Shown one piece after another: positions 54,739-64,000 of a DNA stretch of 64,000 nucleotides. The position numbers and the translations under genes were made by a program. This DNA is from a virus. Taxonomy: Duplodnaviria; Caudoviricetes. Numbering within the stretch: the stretch's first letter is position 1; every line of letters starts with the position of its first letter. The notes under the pieces were generated by a model. That model was not told the origin of the DNA, did not search any database, and saw only the letters and a program-made list of their open reading frames with translations. Location of the stretch: the IMG/VR virus record IMGVR_UViG_3300009509_000020, positions 559 to 64,558 of that record. One strand, 5' to 3'.

Positions 54739-55039
54739 CAATAGGCCAATCGGGGCAATAGATATTAGGCGCGCCGCCTGCCTAAGTGGCGGCACATTCT
54801 ACAGGGGGACGCACCCATCACGCGTCCCCCTTTCCATTTACGAATGTTGAGGATTATGTAAGAATTGGTTAAAAATTGATTAAATAGCGCGATATTACTT
54901 CACTTTTACTTGACAAATGGGAAAAGGCCATGTAAACTTGTAGGTATGGGTATCATCACCATCACAAACAGAGACGACATAGCGGCCGGGGGATAATGCA
55001 GTAGCATTGTTCCCCTTTTTGTACATAGGAGATAGATAC

Positions 55040-55897
55040 ATGGGCGGCTTCCTGACGGTATTGACAGGAGATCATCATTGTGGTAGCTATTTCGGTTTGT
55101 GTCCATCGAAGGTCAATCTCGAAGATCAAGGCGAGTACCGGCCCTCACCAGTCCAGCGCGCATTACTAAAAGCATGGCTTGATTTCTGGGGTGAGGCAGG
55201 ACAGATAGCAAAGACAAATAATGTTGAGGCAATCAATCTGATTTTCGGCGGCGACTTGATGGATCTGAATTGGCATGATTCCGGGGCCGTGTTCACCCGC
55301 AATCCTGGCGTTTTGAAGGCTGTGGCCGCTGAGATAGTAGACCTGGCCCTGGGCAGATTGCGAGAGACAGTGCCCAAGACGCCTATCTATCTATTCGTTG
55401 TGCGTGGCACGCCAGCCCACGTTGGACGTAAGGGACAGCTAGAGGAAGCCATAGCTCAAGACTTGGCAGCAGAAAAAGACGAACAAAGAAATACTTGGAG
55501 CTGGTATACCTTGAATCTGGTCTCTGGCGGCATAACAATCAATATCCAGCATCACCCAGAGGCCGCAACATATAGAGAACATACCGATGGCGGCGCGGCC
55601 CGAACAATAGCAAGCGAAGTCTGTATCAGCCATTGGCGCAACGGGCAAAACCCGCCAGATATAGCGGTACGATTCCATGCCCATCGCTGGCAGGATAGCG
55701 GACGAAACCTGCCGTGTCAGGCATTCTGTTGTCACGGCTGGCAACTGGCAACGGATTTCGGCCGGCGTAAGGGGGCAGGGGCCAAGATTTTGCCGGTTGG
55801 TGGTATGTGGATTTTGGCAGAGAACGGGGCTTATACCTATGATGAAATCAATTACGTTCCGAGGGGACAGGTGAGCACATGGCGACAAAAACAATGA
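55040..55897 (+). CDS. calcineurin-like metallophosphoesterase
   Basis: GDHHCG, GGDLMD, RGTPAH, QHH, FHAH; promoter TTGACA(54910)-17-TAAACT upstream. Confidence 0.8.
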   Translation: MGGFLTVLTGDHHCGSYFGLCPSKVNLEDQGEYRPSPVQRALLKAWLDFWGEAGQIAKTNNVEAINLIFGGDLMDLNWHDSGAVFTRNPGVLKAVAAEIVDLALGRLRETVPKTPIYLFVVRGTPAHVGRKGQLEEAIAQDLAAEKDEQRNTWSWYTLNLVSGGITINIQHHPEAATYREHTDGGAARTIASEVCISHWRNGQNPPDIAVRFHAHRWQDSGRNLPCQAFCCHGWQLATDFGRRKGAGAKILPVGGMWILAENGAYTYDEINYVPRGQVSTWRQKQ

Positions 55898-56154
55898 GTG
55901 TAACAGAGCAGGCTGTTCTGCAAGCGATAAAAGAAATTCTGTCTCAGGCGAGAGACAGAGACCCCGACACATTTACGACTGCCGAATTGGCAGGGTATCT
56001 TGGCGTCTGTGTAGCAACGACGCAGAAAAAGCTGAGGCAATTGTTTGACCAGGGCTTGATAGAATCTATACGTGTGCCAATTATAGACATGGCAAATCGT
56101 CCAACGACGACCTGCGGGTACAGATATGTCGGCAACAATTCTGAGACAGACTAG
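55879..56154 (+). CDS. winged-HTH protein
   Basis: FTTAELAGYLGV...QKKLRQL...GLIE. Confidence 0.7.
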   Translation: MATKTMSVTEQAVLQAIKEILSQARDRDPDTFTTAELAGYLGVCVATTQKKLRQLFDQGLIESIRVPIIDMANRPTTTCGYRYVGNNSETD

Positions 56155-56228
56155 GAACTGGGCATGAGTTCCAGAAGTGAGCAAAATCCTTCTAGTTATT
56201 AAAATGATTTTACGCCGCGAGGCATACT

Positions 56229-56292
56229 GAGGCCGGAATAACCGGCCTCTTTTATTTTGGGGCTTGACAAGAAACAGAAACGGGCGTATAAT
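56229..56292 (+). promoter_or_regulatory. terminator followed by promoter
   Basis: gaggccgg-aataa-ccggcctc-tttt, then TTGACA(56264)-17-TATAAT. Confidence 0.7.
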
Positions 56293-56357
56293 AGAATGTA
56301 ATAGTCCCCGCTTTAAGGGGTGGCAAATATGCTATAATCAAAACATAGGGGGATAAA

Positions 56358-56678
56358 ATGATTGGGCAACTTGAAAGACAAACAGAACGGCCGATCAATG
56401 CAAACGAGTTAATTGAGCGGCTTGAAAGAGAAACTGGACAACGGATCGATGCCAATAACGGCGACAATCTGGCAATGGCCGGTCTGTTCGGGGCAATGTC
56501 CAGATTGTTGGGATATTCACCAGCGTCATATAGAGAACAAGATGACGTGGCGGCAGGACTGGTTATTAAACATCGAATGTCACCTGCTTATCAACGACGG
56601 CAAGCCGCCGATGTGACATTGACACAATTGCTGACTGCTGGCATGTCACCCGATGATATAAAAGAATTTCTTGGATAA
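56358..56678 (+). CDS. hypothetical protein with short N-terminal repeat
   Basis: QLERQTERPINAN / RLERETGQRIDAN. Confidence 0.6.
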   Translation: MIGQLERQTERPINANELIERLERETGQRIDANNGDNLAMAGLFGAMSRLLGYSPASYREQDDVAAGLVIKHRMSPAYQRRQAADVTLTQLLTAGMSPDDIKEFLG

Positions 56679-56736
56679 TCAGATGATATACTTGGTCAGG
56701 AATCATATACGGCAGTTGTGGAGTTTATGACAAAGC

Positions 56737-56970
56737 ATGGCGCCTGGAAAAATGACTAGCAAGGCCAATAAATCATTTTATTTGAGGCCGGGTTTAGACG
56801 ACGACGTGGCGGGCCGCCTAGAGGCTGAGCCTAATATGTCGGCAGTAGTACAAGCGGCGTTGCGCTTGTACTATGATCGCCAAGATGTTTTGCAGGAATT
56901 GGCACAGGCGGTCGCTAGAGTAGAATTGCGGATTGAAAAACTGGTGCAATTGTTGGAGGTGGCAGATTAA
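56737..56970 (+). CDS. ribbon-helix-helix (ParR-like) protein
   Basis: SFYL....DDDV...LE...NMS.VV..ALR.Y plus coiled coil. Confidence 0.55.
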   Translation: MAPGKMTSKANKSFYLRPGLDDDVAGRLEAEPNMSAVVQAALRLYYDRQDVLQELAQAVARVELRIEKLVQLLEVAD

Positions 56971-57105
56971 ATGCGAACTACGATACTGGGCTGGCCGTCG
57001 AGTCCATCTCGTGCGGCTGCCCGAACTGCGGCCATGAGTTTGAGGCGCTTGTTGCCAAGCGCAACGTGTAACTGGATCGGGGGGTAACAATGTGCCCGAA
57101 CGAAT

Positions 57106-57396
57106 ATGTTACGGACGGCGGCATCTAAGATAATAGGAAACGAAATGCTGTTAAAACTACTCGTTGTTTTTTGTCTGGCTATCATCACTGAGGGGTTTTA
57201 CACGAACTATACCTATTTCGTGGCGCGTGGTGATATGGTAAAAGGCCCGTTGTCATCGGGGGCTATAGCTGTATTTAAAGCCATTCTGGTTATTCAGTAT
57301 GTTCGAGAGCCAATTGTCATTGCGGCGTTGGCAATAGGCCAGATCGTAGGAACGTATTTGACTCTGCGATTGATAAATCCTAGAGAGCGGGTTTAG
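57106..57396 (+). CDS. small membrane protein
   Basis: Three hydrophobic segments, G..VGTY. Confidence 0.55.
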   Translation: MLRTAASKIIGNEMLLKLLVVFCLAIITEGFYTNYTYFVARGDMVKGPLSSGAIAVFKAILVIQYVREPIVIAALAIGQIVGTYLTLRLINPRERV

Positions 57397-57851
57397 ATGT
57401 TGATTATCACCACTGAGCAGGAATACCGGAGGGCAATTTTCCCTGGAAGTCGCATACCTGGTTCAGGGAAGGCGGCTCGGCTTGAGCGGCCTGTGGATAC
57501 GGCAACCTGGCACAAAAACTGTAACACCAAAAAGGACTTTGAGATGAAAGTTTCTTGGCAATTCTTTGCGGGCTTCATCACTGGCGGTCTGGTCGCAGTG
57601 AATTATTGCAAGTCAAGTGGGCCGTCACTGTTGATGTTTGCTATAGCAGTTGTTACTACCTATGTAATGCATTCTTATATCATTAACTACCATGTACTAC
57701 CGAAAAAGAACGTTGATTTTAAGTCTGAGAGACTAACATAAATTAGACGGGGGGTGATGCACTTGGTGATTTTGGCAACGTTGATTGTATTGGTAATAGG
57801 TGGATGGACTTGGAGTGGGTAGTAGCAACATTGCAGAATTAGCGTAATAGA

Positions 57852-58355
57852 GTGTATGACCTCACATATCGTGAAAACTGGCGTGCTGTTGATTCTGACA
57901 AAAACCAGCCGCCTTACTGCCCTGATGTCAGCAAAGTAGAAAGATTGGAGGGAAACGCAATGACAGACAAAGAACGCGAGTATTTTTATTATGCCGTCAG
58001 CGATGCAATGACAGAGTTCTATAAGGCTGTGAAACTTATTGCCAAGATCACGGTTGGTCGGCTTGGCTTGGTGCAGGCGGCCTATGCTCCTGAGCTATGG
58101 CTTGCTGCCCATCAGGAGACAATCATGCTGGCCTATGACCTTTCACAGCATGATTGTCTCTCGCAAAGAGAGGCGAAAATGGCGGCGCTCAGAGAGGCGG
58201 CACAATGGCTTGCAAATTATGGCGGTAGTTGGCAGCGCCGGGATCGCGGCCTTGACGAGATTGAACAGCGATTAAAACTATTGAGGCGGGAAGATAGTGG
58301 CCCTGCGGAAAATGTAAAGGAAACTGGGGAAACAGATAATGAACATCGGACTTGA
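57852..58355 (+). CDS. hypothetical protein
   Basis: ORF upstream of the ParM-like gene; real start may be 57960. Confidence 0.5.
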   Translation: MYDLTYRENWRAVDSDKNQPPYCPDVSKVERLEGNAMTDKEREYFYYAVSDAMTEFYKAVKLIAKITVGRLGLVQAAYAPELWLAAHQETIMLAYDLSQHDCLSQREAKMAALREAAQWLANYGGSWQRRDRGLDEIEQRLKLLRREDSGPAENVKETGETDNEHRT

Positions 58356-59313
58356 TGTGGGTTATTCAGCTACTAAGGCCATATCAGGGGAGCGGCGCAT
58401 AAATCTGCCGTCAATCGTCGGAACACCAGATAGGGCGAGATTTGCCTTGTCTGACTCAGACAATATGGTTCTGACTTTGCCAAGCGGCAAGGTGTATCAG
58501 GTTGGACGGGCGGCCGTCCTGCAGAGCCGATTCGTTGATAGGCAAGAGGATCGTAACTGGATTCAAAGTGAGGCTTACTATGCTCTCATGTTGGCCGCCC
58601 TCACAGAATTGACCCCCGCAACGGTTGACACCATCGTTGTCTCTGGATTGCCAGTCGCCTTCTATGGAGATAAGGATACTCTGCGTAATATACTGCTAGG
58701 AGAACACAGAGTAACCCGCGAAGGTCGCCGGGCGCAACTTTTCCGTATTACCGAGGCGCGGGTTATACCACAGCCATTCGGCACACTTCTGGCAATGGCT
58801 TTGGATAATAATGGGCGCATCAGCGAGCAGTCACTTGCTACTGGCTCAGTTGGCGTCATAGATTGCGGGGGCAAGACAACCAATTTGCTCTCTGTTCATC
58901 GGTTGGCAGAAATTAGCCGCGAAACAGCAAGCGTCAACTTGGGGGCCTGGGATGTTGTGCGGGCAGTCGGCAATTGGTTAACTGATAACTGCCCCGGCCT
59001 GGATCTGCGCGATCATCAGTTGATGGATGCTATTATTGCCCGCAGCGCGTTGTATTGCGGCGAGCCTGTTGATCTGCATGAGATAGTAGCAGAAACCTTA
59101 CAGCCAATGGCCGAACAGGTGCTTGCACAGGCAGGCCAGCTTTGGAATGGGGCGGCCGGACTGGCGGCCATCATGGTTACAGGCGGGGGGGCATTACTGT
59201 TAGGGCCACAAATCAAGGCTAGATTTCGCCATGCTCGCATCGTAGACGATCCGGTATTCGCTAATGCACTAGGCTATTGGAAGTTTGCTCAACGACTGTC
59301 TAATAATCAATGA
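58339..59313 (+). CDS. ParM/StbA-family actin-like ATPase
   Basis: IGLDVGYSATK, VSGLPV, VIPQP, VIDCGGKTTN, VTGGGA, FANALGY. Confidence 0.9.
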   Translation: MNIGLDVGYSATKAISGERRINLPSIVGTPDRARFALSDSDNMVLTLPSGKVYQVGRAAVLQSRFVDRQEDRNWIQSEAYYALMLAALTELTPATVDTIVVSGLPVAFYGDKDTLRNILLGEHRVTREGRRAQLFRITEARVIPQPFGTLLAMALDNNGRISEQSLATGSVGVIDCGGKTTNLLSVHRLAEISRETASVNLGAWDVVRAVGNWLTDNCPGLDLRDHQLMDAIIARSALYCGEPVDLHEIVAETLQPMAEQVLAQAGQLWNGAAGLAAIMVTGGGALLLGPQIKARFRHARIVDDPVFANALGYWKFAQRLSNNQ

Positions 59314-59334
59314 TAAATAGCCCCTAATAATACT

Positions 59335-59613
59335 ATGACGGCAATTTATAGTTTCTCTTTGGATGAAAAAAATGACGCGGTTGTCAAGAGATGGCTTGAT
59401 TCACTGCCCAAGCGACGGCGGTCGCGTGAAATATGTGAGATTCTTGCGGCGCATATCAATGGTCAAGTGACGCTATTAGAAATCTATCACAAACTGACGG
59501 TCATAGAACAAAAGATTGGTAATGGCATAATAACGACCAGGGTCAAAGAAGAGGCTGGGATGATAGACGAGCCGCCAGATGTTGCCGCCAATATTGACGG
59601 GTTAGGAAAATGA
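59335..59613 (+). CDS. ParR-like adaptor / RHH protein
   Basis: Directly after ParM; YSFSLD...D..V..WL..LP....S..I..IL; acidic tail. Confidence 0.65.
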   Translation: MTAIYSFSLDEKNDAVVKRWLDSLPKRRRSREICEILAAHINGQVTLLEIYHKLTVIEQKIGNGIITTRVKEEAGMIDEPPDVAANIDGLGK

Positions 59614-60707
59614 GCAGTGGGGGCGGGGGAAGATTCAGCCCATTCGGCTGGATGTTGGGTCGGATCACTGCCGACCAACCGGTTGAAGAAAAAGTAACAC
59701 ACAATATCGAAACGCAGGTTAGAATACCAAACCTGCAATCACGCTATGCGGGTATCAGTGCGGCCACCATTGCCGTGCTATTCGTGGCCGCCTGGAGTTG
59801 TCTGCCTGCTGAGTGGATCATTTTACTACCCTATATCGTTACTGGCGTATCATTGATCGCGGTATCTGCCTGGGGGGCAAGGGTCTCACATGATGATTCT
59901 GAGTTCTGGCAAATCGTCAGAACGCGCGGCCCGCTTGAGGTTTTCGCGGCCATAATCTTCACCAAGCAATTCTGGGCACTGCTACTGCCATTTGGCCTGG
60001 GCCTCGTGACGTTCAAGTTGCACGGCCTATCTGATGAGTGGTGGTCACAGAATGCCGGATACGCTTTTTGCATGGCGCTTGGAGTTGGCCCGTTTGTAAC
60101 GGGCCTCATGCGCATCTATCTCTACCCGCGTGAGACTATCGTGCGATTCGAATTGACTCCCTGGATGAGGGAACTGATGAGGGCGATCCGGCTGTATCTT
60201 GCGCCAGCCATCGAGGCCGAACTAGGCATAGATGTATCAGGCGATAGGCTGGAAAGAATCCTGGATGATTTTAGGGGTGAGATTTACGATGCACTTGGTG
60301 AGGCTGGACGATTAGACAGGCTGGCCGACCAGGCCACGTTACAACGAGAGGGTCGCGTTACTGCAAATTATCGTTTTAGATATGACGCGCTCGCATTTCT
60401 ATATATCAGCCAAGACCCCGGCATTGGCTTGGCGCGTAATAGCTGGGTTGATGCTAGACAGGCAGCTATTGAAGATGGGGCTATCGTTTTGCCTTCTGGC
60501 CTAGTTGTGGACTATACGGCCTATGTTGCTATAGTTGATACTCTGGCAGTAGCAGGAATCATTAGCCGGGCAAAACGCAAAGAACCGAAGGTGAACTTTG
60601 ACAGGCTGACACGCGAGGATATTGTTGACATGATTTTTGGCTTGACGGTGGACAAGTTGCCCAAGCCACTACAAGACCATTATTATAGCAATTCGACATA
60701 TACATAA
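59610..60707 (+). CDS. multi-pass membrane protein
   Basis: About four transmembrane segments, then a soluble domain. Confidence 0.65.
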   Translation: MSSGGGGRFSPFGWMLGRITADQPVEEKVTHNIETQVRIPNLQSRYAGISAATIAVLFVAAWSCLPAEWIILLPYIVTGVSLIAVSAWGARVSHDDSEFWQIVRTRGPLEVFAAIIFTKQFWALLLPFGLGLVTFKLHGLSDEWWSQNAGYAFCMALGVGPFVTGLMRIYLYPRETIVRFELTPWMRELMRAIRLYLAPAIEAELGIDVSGDRLERILDDFRGEIYDALGEAGRLDRLADQATLQREGRVTANYRFRYDALAFLYISQDPGIGLARNSWVDARQAAIEDGAIVLPSGLVVDYTAYVAIVDTLAVAGIISRAKRKEPKVNFDRLTREDIVDMIFGLTVDKLPKPLQDHYYSNSTYT

Positions 60708-60995
60708 TAACTTGGGTTGGGTTGGGTTGGGGCGTGTTTTTTGTGATTTCCAAGACGAACACAGGATGCTAAGTGGGGTAGGGGTATGAAAATGTTCATT
60801 AAGCTCTGGCGAATACTATTCTGGCCTAGAGTCTGGGTTTGGATTTCGGAAGCCTACTCCCCGCGCCTGAATGTGTCCAAAATTATCCGGGGGATGGGCT
60901 ATATAGAGCCTATTGTACTGATTCAGAATACGACCTGTGATGGAAAGACTATCGAGGGCTGGGTAAAGTTCGTTCATAGAAAGGGGGAGTAAAGA

Positions 60996-61550
60996 ATGAG
61001 AACGGCTCGCTGGGTCATAGCACTATTGTCGCCACTGTTGTTATCCGGGTGTGATGTCCTGGAGGCAAGAAGGCTAAATGCCGAAGCAGCGGCGTCCAGG
61101 GCAAAAGCCGCTGAAATCTCTGCGATCTACACGGGCCGCGTCGCCGAAACTGAGGCAGAAACGGCGCAAATCCTGGCAGAACAGCAGGCAGCAGAAGAAG
61201 ATCGAGAATCGCGTCTAGCCGCAGAAATTCAGCAATCGCTATTGCGTCAAGCGGAACTTGATCGGCGGGCATTGCGCCGCGCCGCCGAGTTACCGTTTTG
61301 GGCTATGATGATTTTTGTCGGAATCGGCCTGCCATTGATAGTGGTCGGGGGGCTATATGCAGTTTTCTCGTTTGGACGGGGAAGGTCTGGGGCACCACTA
61401 TATTGGTATCTGATAGCCCGCGCTCAGAGGCGCGGATTACTACCCAATCCGCCTGCCACGATAGTTGCCCTGCCCACCAGAGAACAGATAACGATAGGGA
61501 GTCAAACAGACGATAGCAACGGAGACGGGGATAACATCATACGAATATAA
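60996..61550 (+). CDS. putative lipoprotein with coiled coil and transmembrane segment
   Basis: LLSGC lipobox, Ala/Glu coil, hydrophobic segment. Confidence 0.6.
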   Translation: MRTARWVIALLSPLLLSGCDVLEARRLNAEAAASRAKAAEISAIYTGRVAETEAETAQILAEQQAAEEDRESRLAAEIQQSLLRQAELDRRALRRAAELPFWAMMIFVGIGLPLIVVGGLYAVFSFGRGRSGAPLYWYLIARAQRRGLLPNPPATIVALPTREQITIGSQTDDSNGDGDNIIRI

Positions 61551-61557
61551 AAGACAC

Positions 61558-61587
61558 AAGGCCCGCGCCAGAAACGCGGGCCTTTTT
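61558..61587 (+). terminator. intrinsic terminator
   Basis: aaggcccgcg...cgcgggcc-ttttt. Confidence 0.75.
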
Positions 61588-61636
61588 GTGTGAAAACGCC
61601 AAAGTGTGCATCAGTAAAATGTATCACATCTAAATG

Positions 61637-61773
61637 GTTAGAAACCGGTTAGATTGTTTGTCTTTGGTAAAATTACACGGCGAACTGTTTATAAAACGCT
61701 TGACAAATTTACTTTCTCGTGGTATACTAATTATAGAAAATGAGAAACAGAAACGAACCTGAACAACAGAATA
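61637..61773 (+). promoter_or_regulatory. early promoter with GTTAGA repeat and boxA-like site
   Basis: GTTAGAaaccgGTTAGA; TTGACA(61700)-17-TATACT; GAACCTGAACAACAGAATA at 61755. Confidence 0.7.
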
Positions 61774-61855
61774 ACCCAATAGACCCAACGAACTAACGGC
61801 GGGCGGAAACGCAAGAGGCCGGGCATCTAGGGGGTGAGGGCAGAACAGAAAGGGC

Positions 61856-61920
61856 GAGTCAACCGAGTAAACGGTCTCGGTTTTGAAAAGCGCGGGCAAA
61901 AAGCCCTAAGCGCGAAACTC
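61856..61920 (+). ncRNA. type III hammerhead ribozyme, U3-A8 core variant
   Basis: GAG-TC | AACCGAG/CTCGGTT | TTGAAAA | GCGC.../GCGC | GAAA-CTC. Confidence 0.72.
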
Positions 61921-61937
61921 AGAAAAGAGGAAACGAA

Positions 61938-62198
61938 ATGAACATGCAAGAAATGCTCACGACAAAAAATCTAGGGGACATTACAGACGAGGACATCAGG
62001 GCGGCGGCCTATGCGATAACATACGGCGAGTTTGCTATAGAAGTCACCGGCCGCCAGAGAGAATTGAAAAAACGCTTGCGCGAATTGGAAGCAAAAAATG
62101 CTGCTAAAAGGACAGAAAAGCGAGCTGCGCTACAAGAGAAATTACAGCGGTTAGCAAGCACTATGTTTTCCGATGAGGATGCCTATGCAGATAGGTAG
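61938..62198 (+). CDS. hypothetical coiled-coil early protein
   Basis: GAGG RBS; lies between the two hammerhead-like elements. Confidence 0.65.
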   Translation: MNMQEMLTTKNLGDITDEDIRAAAYAITYGEFAIEVTGRQRELKKRLRELEAKNAAKRTEKRAALQEKLQRLASTMFSDEDAYADR

Positions 62199-62239
62199 TA
62201 ACAACATAACAGCGAACCTGCCGGGGTGAGAAGCCTGGC

Positions 62240-62305
62240 GAGTCGGGGCACACGGCCCCCTGATGAGAGCCTGAATGGCAGGCTCAGGCCACAAGGGCGA
62301 AACTC
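62240..62305 (+). ncRNA. type III hammerhead-like ribozyme with atypical stem II
   Basis: GAG-TC | GGGGC/GCCCC | CTGATGA | branched stem II | C-GAAA-CTC. Confidence 0.62.
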
Positions 62306-62333
62306 AAAGGCAAGAAAGACGAAGGAGCTTGAA

Positions 62334-62513
62334 ATGAGTAAGGTTGTGTTTTACCAGGAACAAACGTGTGGCTGTGGCTGTGGCCGCAAGGGCAAATCAT
62401 TCGAGCTTGTAACTAAGGGAACCGCCCAACAATTCGTGTTTCCAGATGGGCATGTCATCACGATCCCATCCCCCAGTCTCCCACAGTACAGTGTCGAATC
62501 CACAGAGGAATAA
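62334..62513 (+). CDS. small protein with CGCGC motif
   Basis: AAGGAG RBS; start re-called at MSKVV. Confidence 0.55.
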   Translation: MSKVVFYQEQTCGCGCGRKGKSFELVTKGTAQQFVFPDGHVITIPSPSLPQYSVESTEE

Positions 62514-62695
62514 ACTGAATATCTCGCAGGGCGTGCTCGCGCCCTGCCGCTCGCCAGCCCCAACCGCGTTACAAAAAAGCCAAACGGCTGGGCATGTCGG
62601 AGGAATCGCGGTAGCCCCTCCGAGGCGAGCAGGAGCGCGTGAGCGCAGATGGCTAATCAAGATGTGGTCTTTAATACAAGAAAGGAGATGATAGA

Positions 62696-63034
62696 ATGAG
62701 TAAATATGCTATTACCATGTGCATTACCGTAAGTACCGTCATTCACCAAGTATCTGGTTCTCAAGATGAACTCCGAGAGATCCTGGAAAAACTTGCCAGA
62801 GAAGAAGGCAATCTCGCCGTAACATGGCTCGGAGAGGAGATGACAATAGCCGACATTGACATCACTGGTATCTATGATGGCAATTGTGACAGAATAAAAT
62901 GCAATGAGAATAATCATCGGTGGGAGTGGGCCGGTGATGATTGGGAGTGTCAGGTATGTGGCGTGTCAGCAGCAGCAGTCTTTTTGCCACTATTAAAGGA
63001 GACGGAAACAAATGCAAAAGATGTTGAGGGCTAA
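62696..63034 (+). CDS. hypothetical protein
   Basis: AAGGAG RBS; C....H.W......C..C. Confidence 0.55.
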   Translation: MSKYAITMCITVSTVIHQVSGSQDELREILEKLAREEGNLAVTWLGEEMTIADIDITGIYDGNCDRIKCNENNHRWEWAGDDWECQVCGVSAAAVFLPLLKETETNAKDVEG

Positions 63035-63203
63035 TAGTATAGGTGACTTGGTAGAATTAGTGAACGGATACTTGGAAGGCGGCTGGCATGTCAAAGTTGT
63101 CGGAGCAGAGTCACTTGAGCAAGTAGCCTCACCTCTTGCCAACAATAAAACCCCAGCGGGCACTACATTTTTGCACTTTTGGTGGGCAGTGATCGAGGTC
63201 TAA
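63012..63203 (+). CDS. hypothetical protein
   Basis: L...VN.YL..GW pattern. Confidence 0.5.
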   Translation: MQKMLRANSIGDLVELVNGYLEGGWHVKVVGAESLEQVASPLANNKTPAGTTFLHFWWAVIEV

Positions 63204-63215
63204 CCATAGAAGGGA

Positions 63216-63545
63216 ATGAAGATGAACGATAACCGAATAACCACCGTTGAAGCCGCACGGCTGTGCGGTCTCACACGTCAGGCCATCACGGCCCGAATTA
63301 AGCGGGACTTTTACCAGTCTGCGGCCCGGCTGGGCCGGGACTGGACACTGGACAGGACTGAGGTTGAGGCTTCTGCCAAAAATCCCCCCAGAGTAGGCCG
63401 CAAGCGAAAGCCACCCCAAGAACCGAGTGAGGTATTCTGTGTAGATTGCGGCTGGACAGGCAACCCAGATGCACTGGTGATCGGATTCCCTGGCAGCAGT
63501 GATATTGAGAATATTGACCCCGATGAAGAAGGGAGAAATGAATAA
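63216..63545 (+). CDS. excisionase-like HTH protein with AT-hook
   Basis: ITTVEAARLCGLTRQAI...I......A.RLGRDW.L...EV...VGRKRK. Confidence 0.7.
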   Translation: MKMNDNRITTVEAARLCGLTRQAITARIKRDFYQSAARLGRDWTLDRTEVEASAKNPPRVGRKRKPPQEPSEVFCVDCGWTGNPDALVIGFPGSSDIENIDPDEEGRNE

Positions 63546-64000
63546 AATGAAATAAGATGAACTACTTAACTTGGCAAGAAACCTTGCCCTTGCACTAGCC
63601 GATGAAGTGACATTCGCTGGCGCTGACGCCGCCGAACGGTCGTTACAGGTATTGACTCAGGCCCGCGAAAAGCTGGGCTTGGCAAAAGAGTTTGACGAGA
63701 TTGAATCCTTGAGTATGCAGGGTACATAAAGGCCAAGAAAGGTAAAAATAGAACGACAGAACTTTACGAAGTTGGACAAACGGTACTGATTATAGACCAA
63801 CGTCCTCCTGCTAAGGGACAAATCATCAAAGTTTCAACATGGGCACAAGTAACAGGGCTTGCTAGTGATGATTCAGACTGTTACCTTATTCGGGCCGCAA
63901 CGTGGGCGTGCGATGCCTGGATAGGCGGGGTTTTTATTCGGCCGGTATCAGATTCGGCATAGTATTACCAAAAAGAGGTGGGGGGCATTTAGCCCCCCAC

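Noticed and set aside
62226-62333. N-terminal extension of ORF 62226-62513
   Set aside because: It overlaps the hammerhead-like RNA, and the RBS supports a start at 62334.
1-64000. Integrase, att sites, genome termini, host genes, CRISPR arrays, rRNA
   Set aside because: None recognisable; both edges fall within phage-like sequence and no terminal repeat was seen.

Overview
The window is most of a tailed (siphovirus-like) phage genome. The host is probably Chloroflexota (Anaerolineae-type), judged from C-terminal Y(L/V)Pxx motifs on secreted proteins. No integrase, CRISPR array or reverse transcriptase is visible. The leftward arm (1-15300) holds replication, recombination and DNA-modification genes: Sak4-like ATPase, DUF5131, C5 MTase, replication initiator and loader, ParB-MT-A70, MazG, an Rnl2-family RNA ligase, RuvC and a LexA-type HTH. 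The rightward arm holds ParB + Mom, terminase, portal, head, tail and a holin-like gene, then Ro60 with two Y RNAs, a pentapeptide-repeat protein, a metallophosphoesterase, ParM/ParR-like genes and an early operon. The main signal is unannotated RNA. (1) A complete non-canonical tRNA-Gly(ACC) overlaps the 3' end of the Mom-family gene and is a candidate dedicated glycyl donor for DNA hypermodification. (2) A circularly permuted tRNA-like Y RNA and a short Y RNA lie upstream of Ro60. (3) Homologous interleaved-helix leaders head both the Ro60 and RNA-ligase operons. (4) Two hammerhead-like ribozymes flank an early ORF. (5) A UCC-UUU-CGU +1 frameshift motif sits in the tail chaperone. (6) There are further tRNA-like and kissing-loop elements. 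All protein calls are by motif recognition and all structures were paired by hand; no searches were run.
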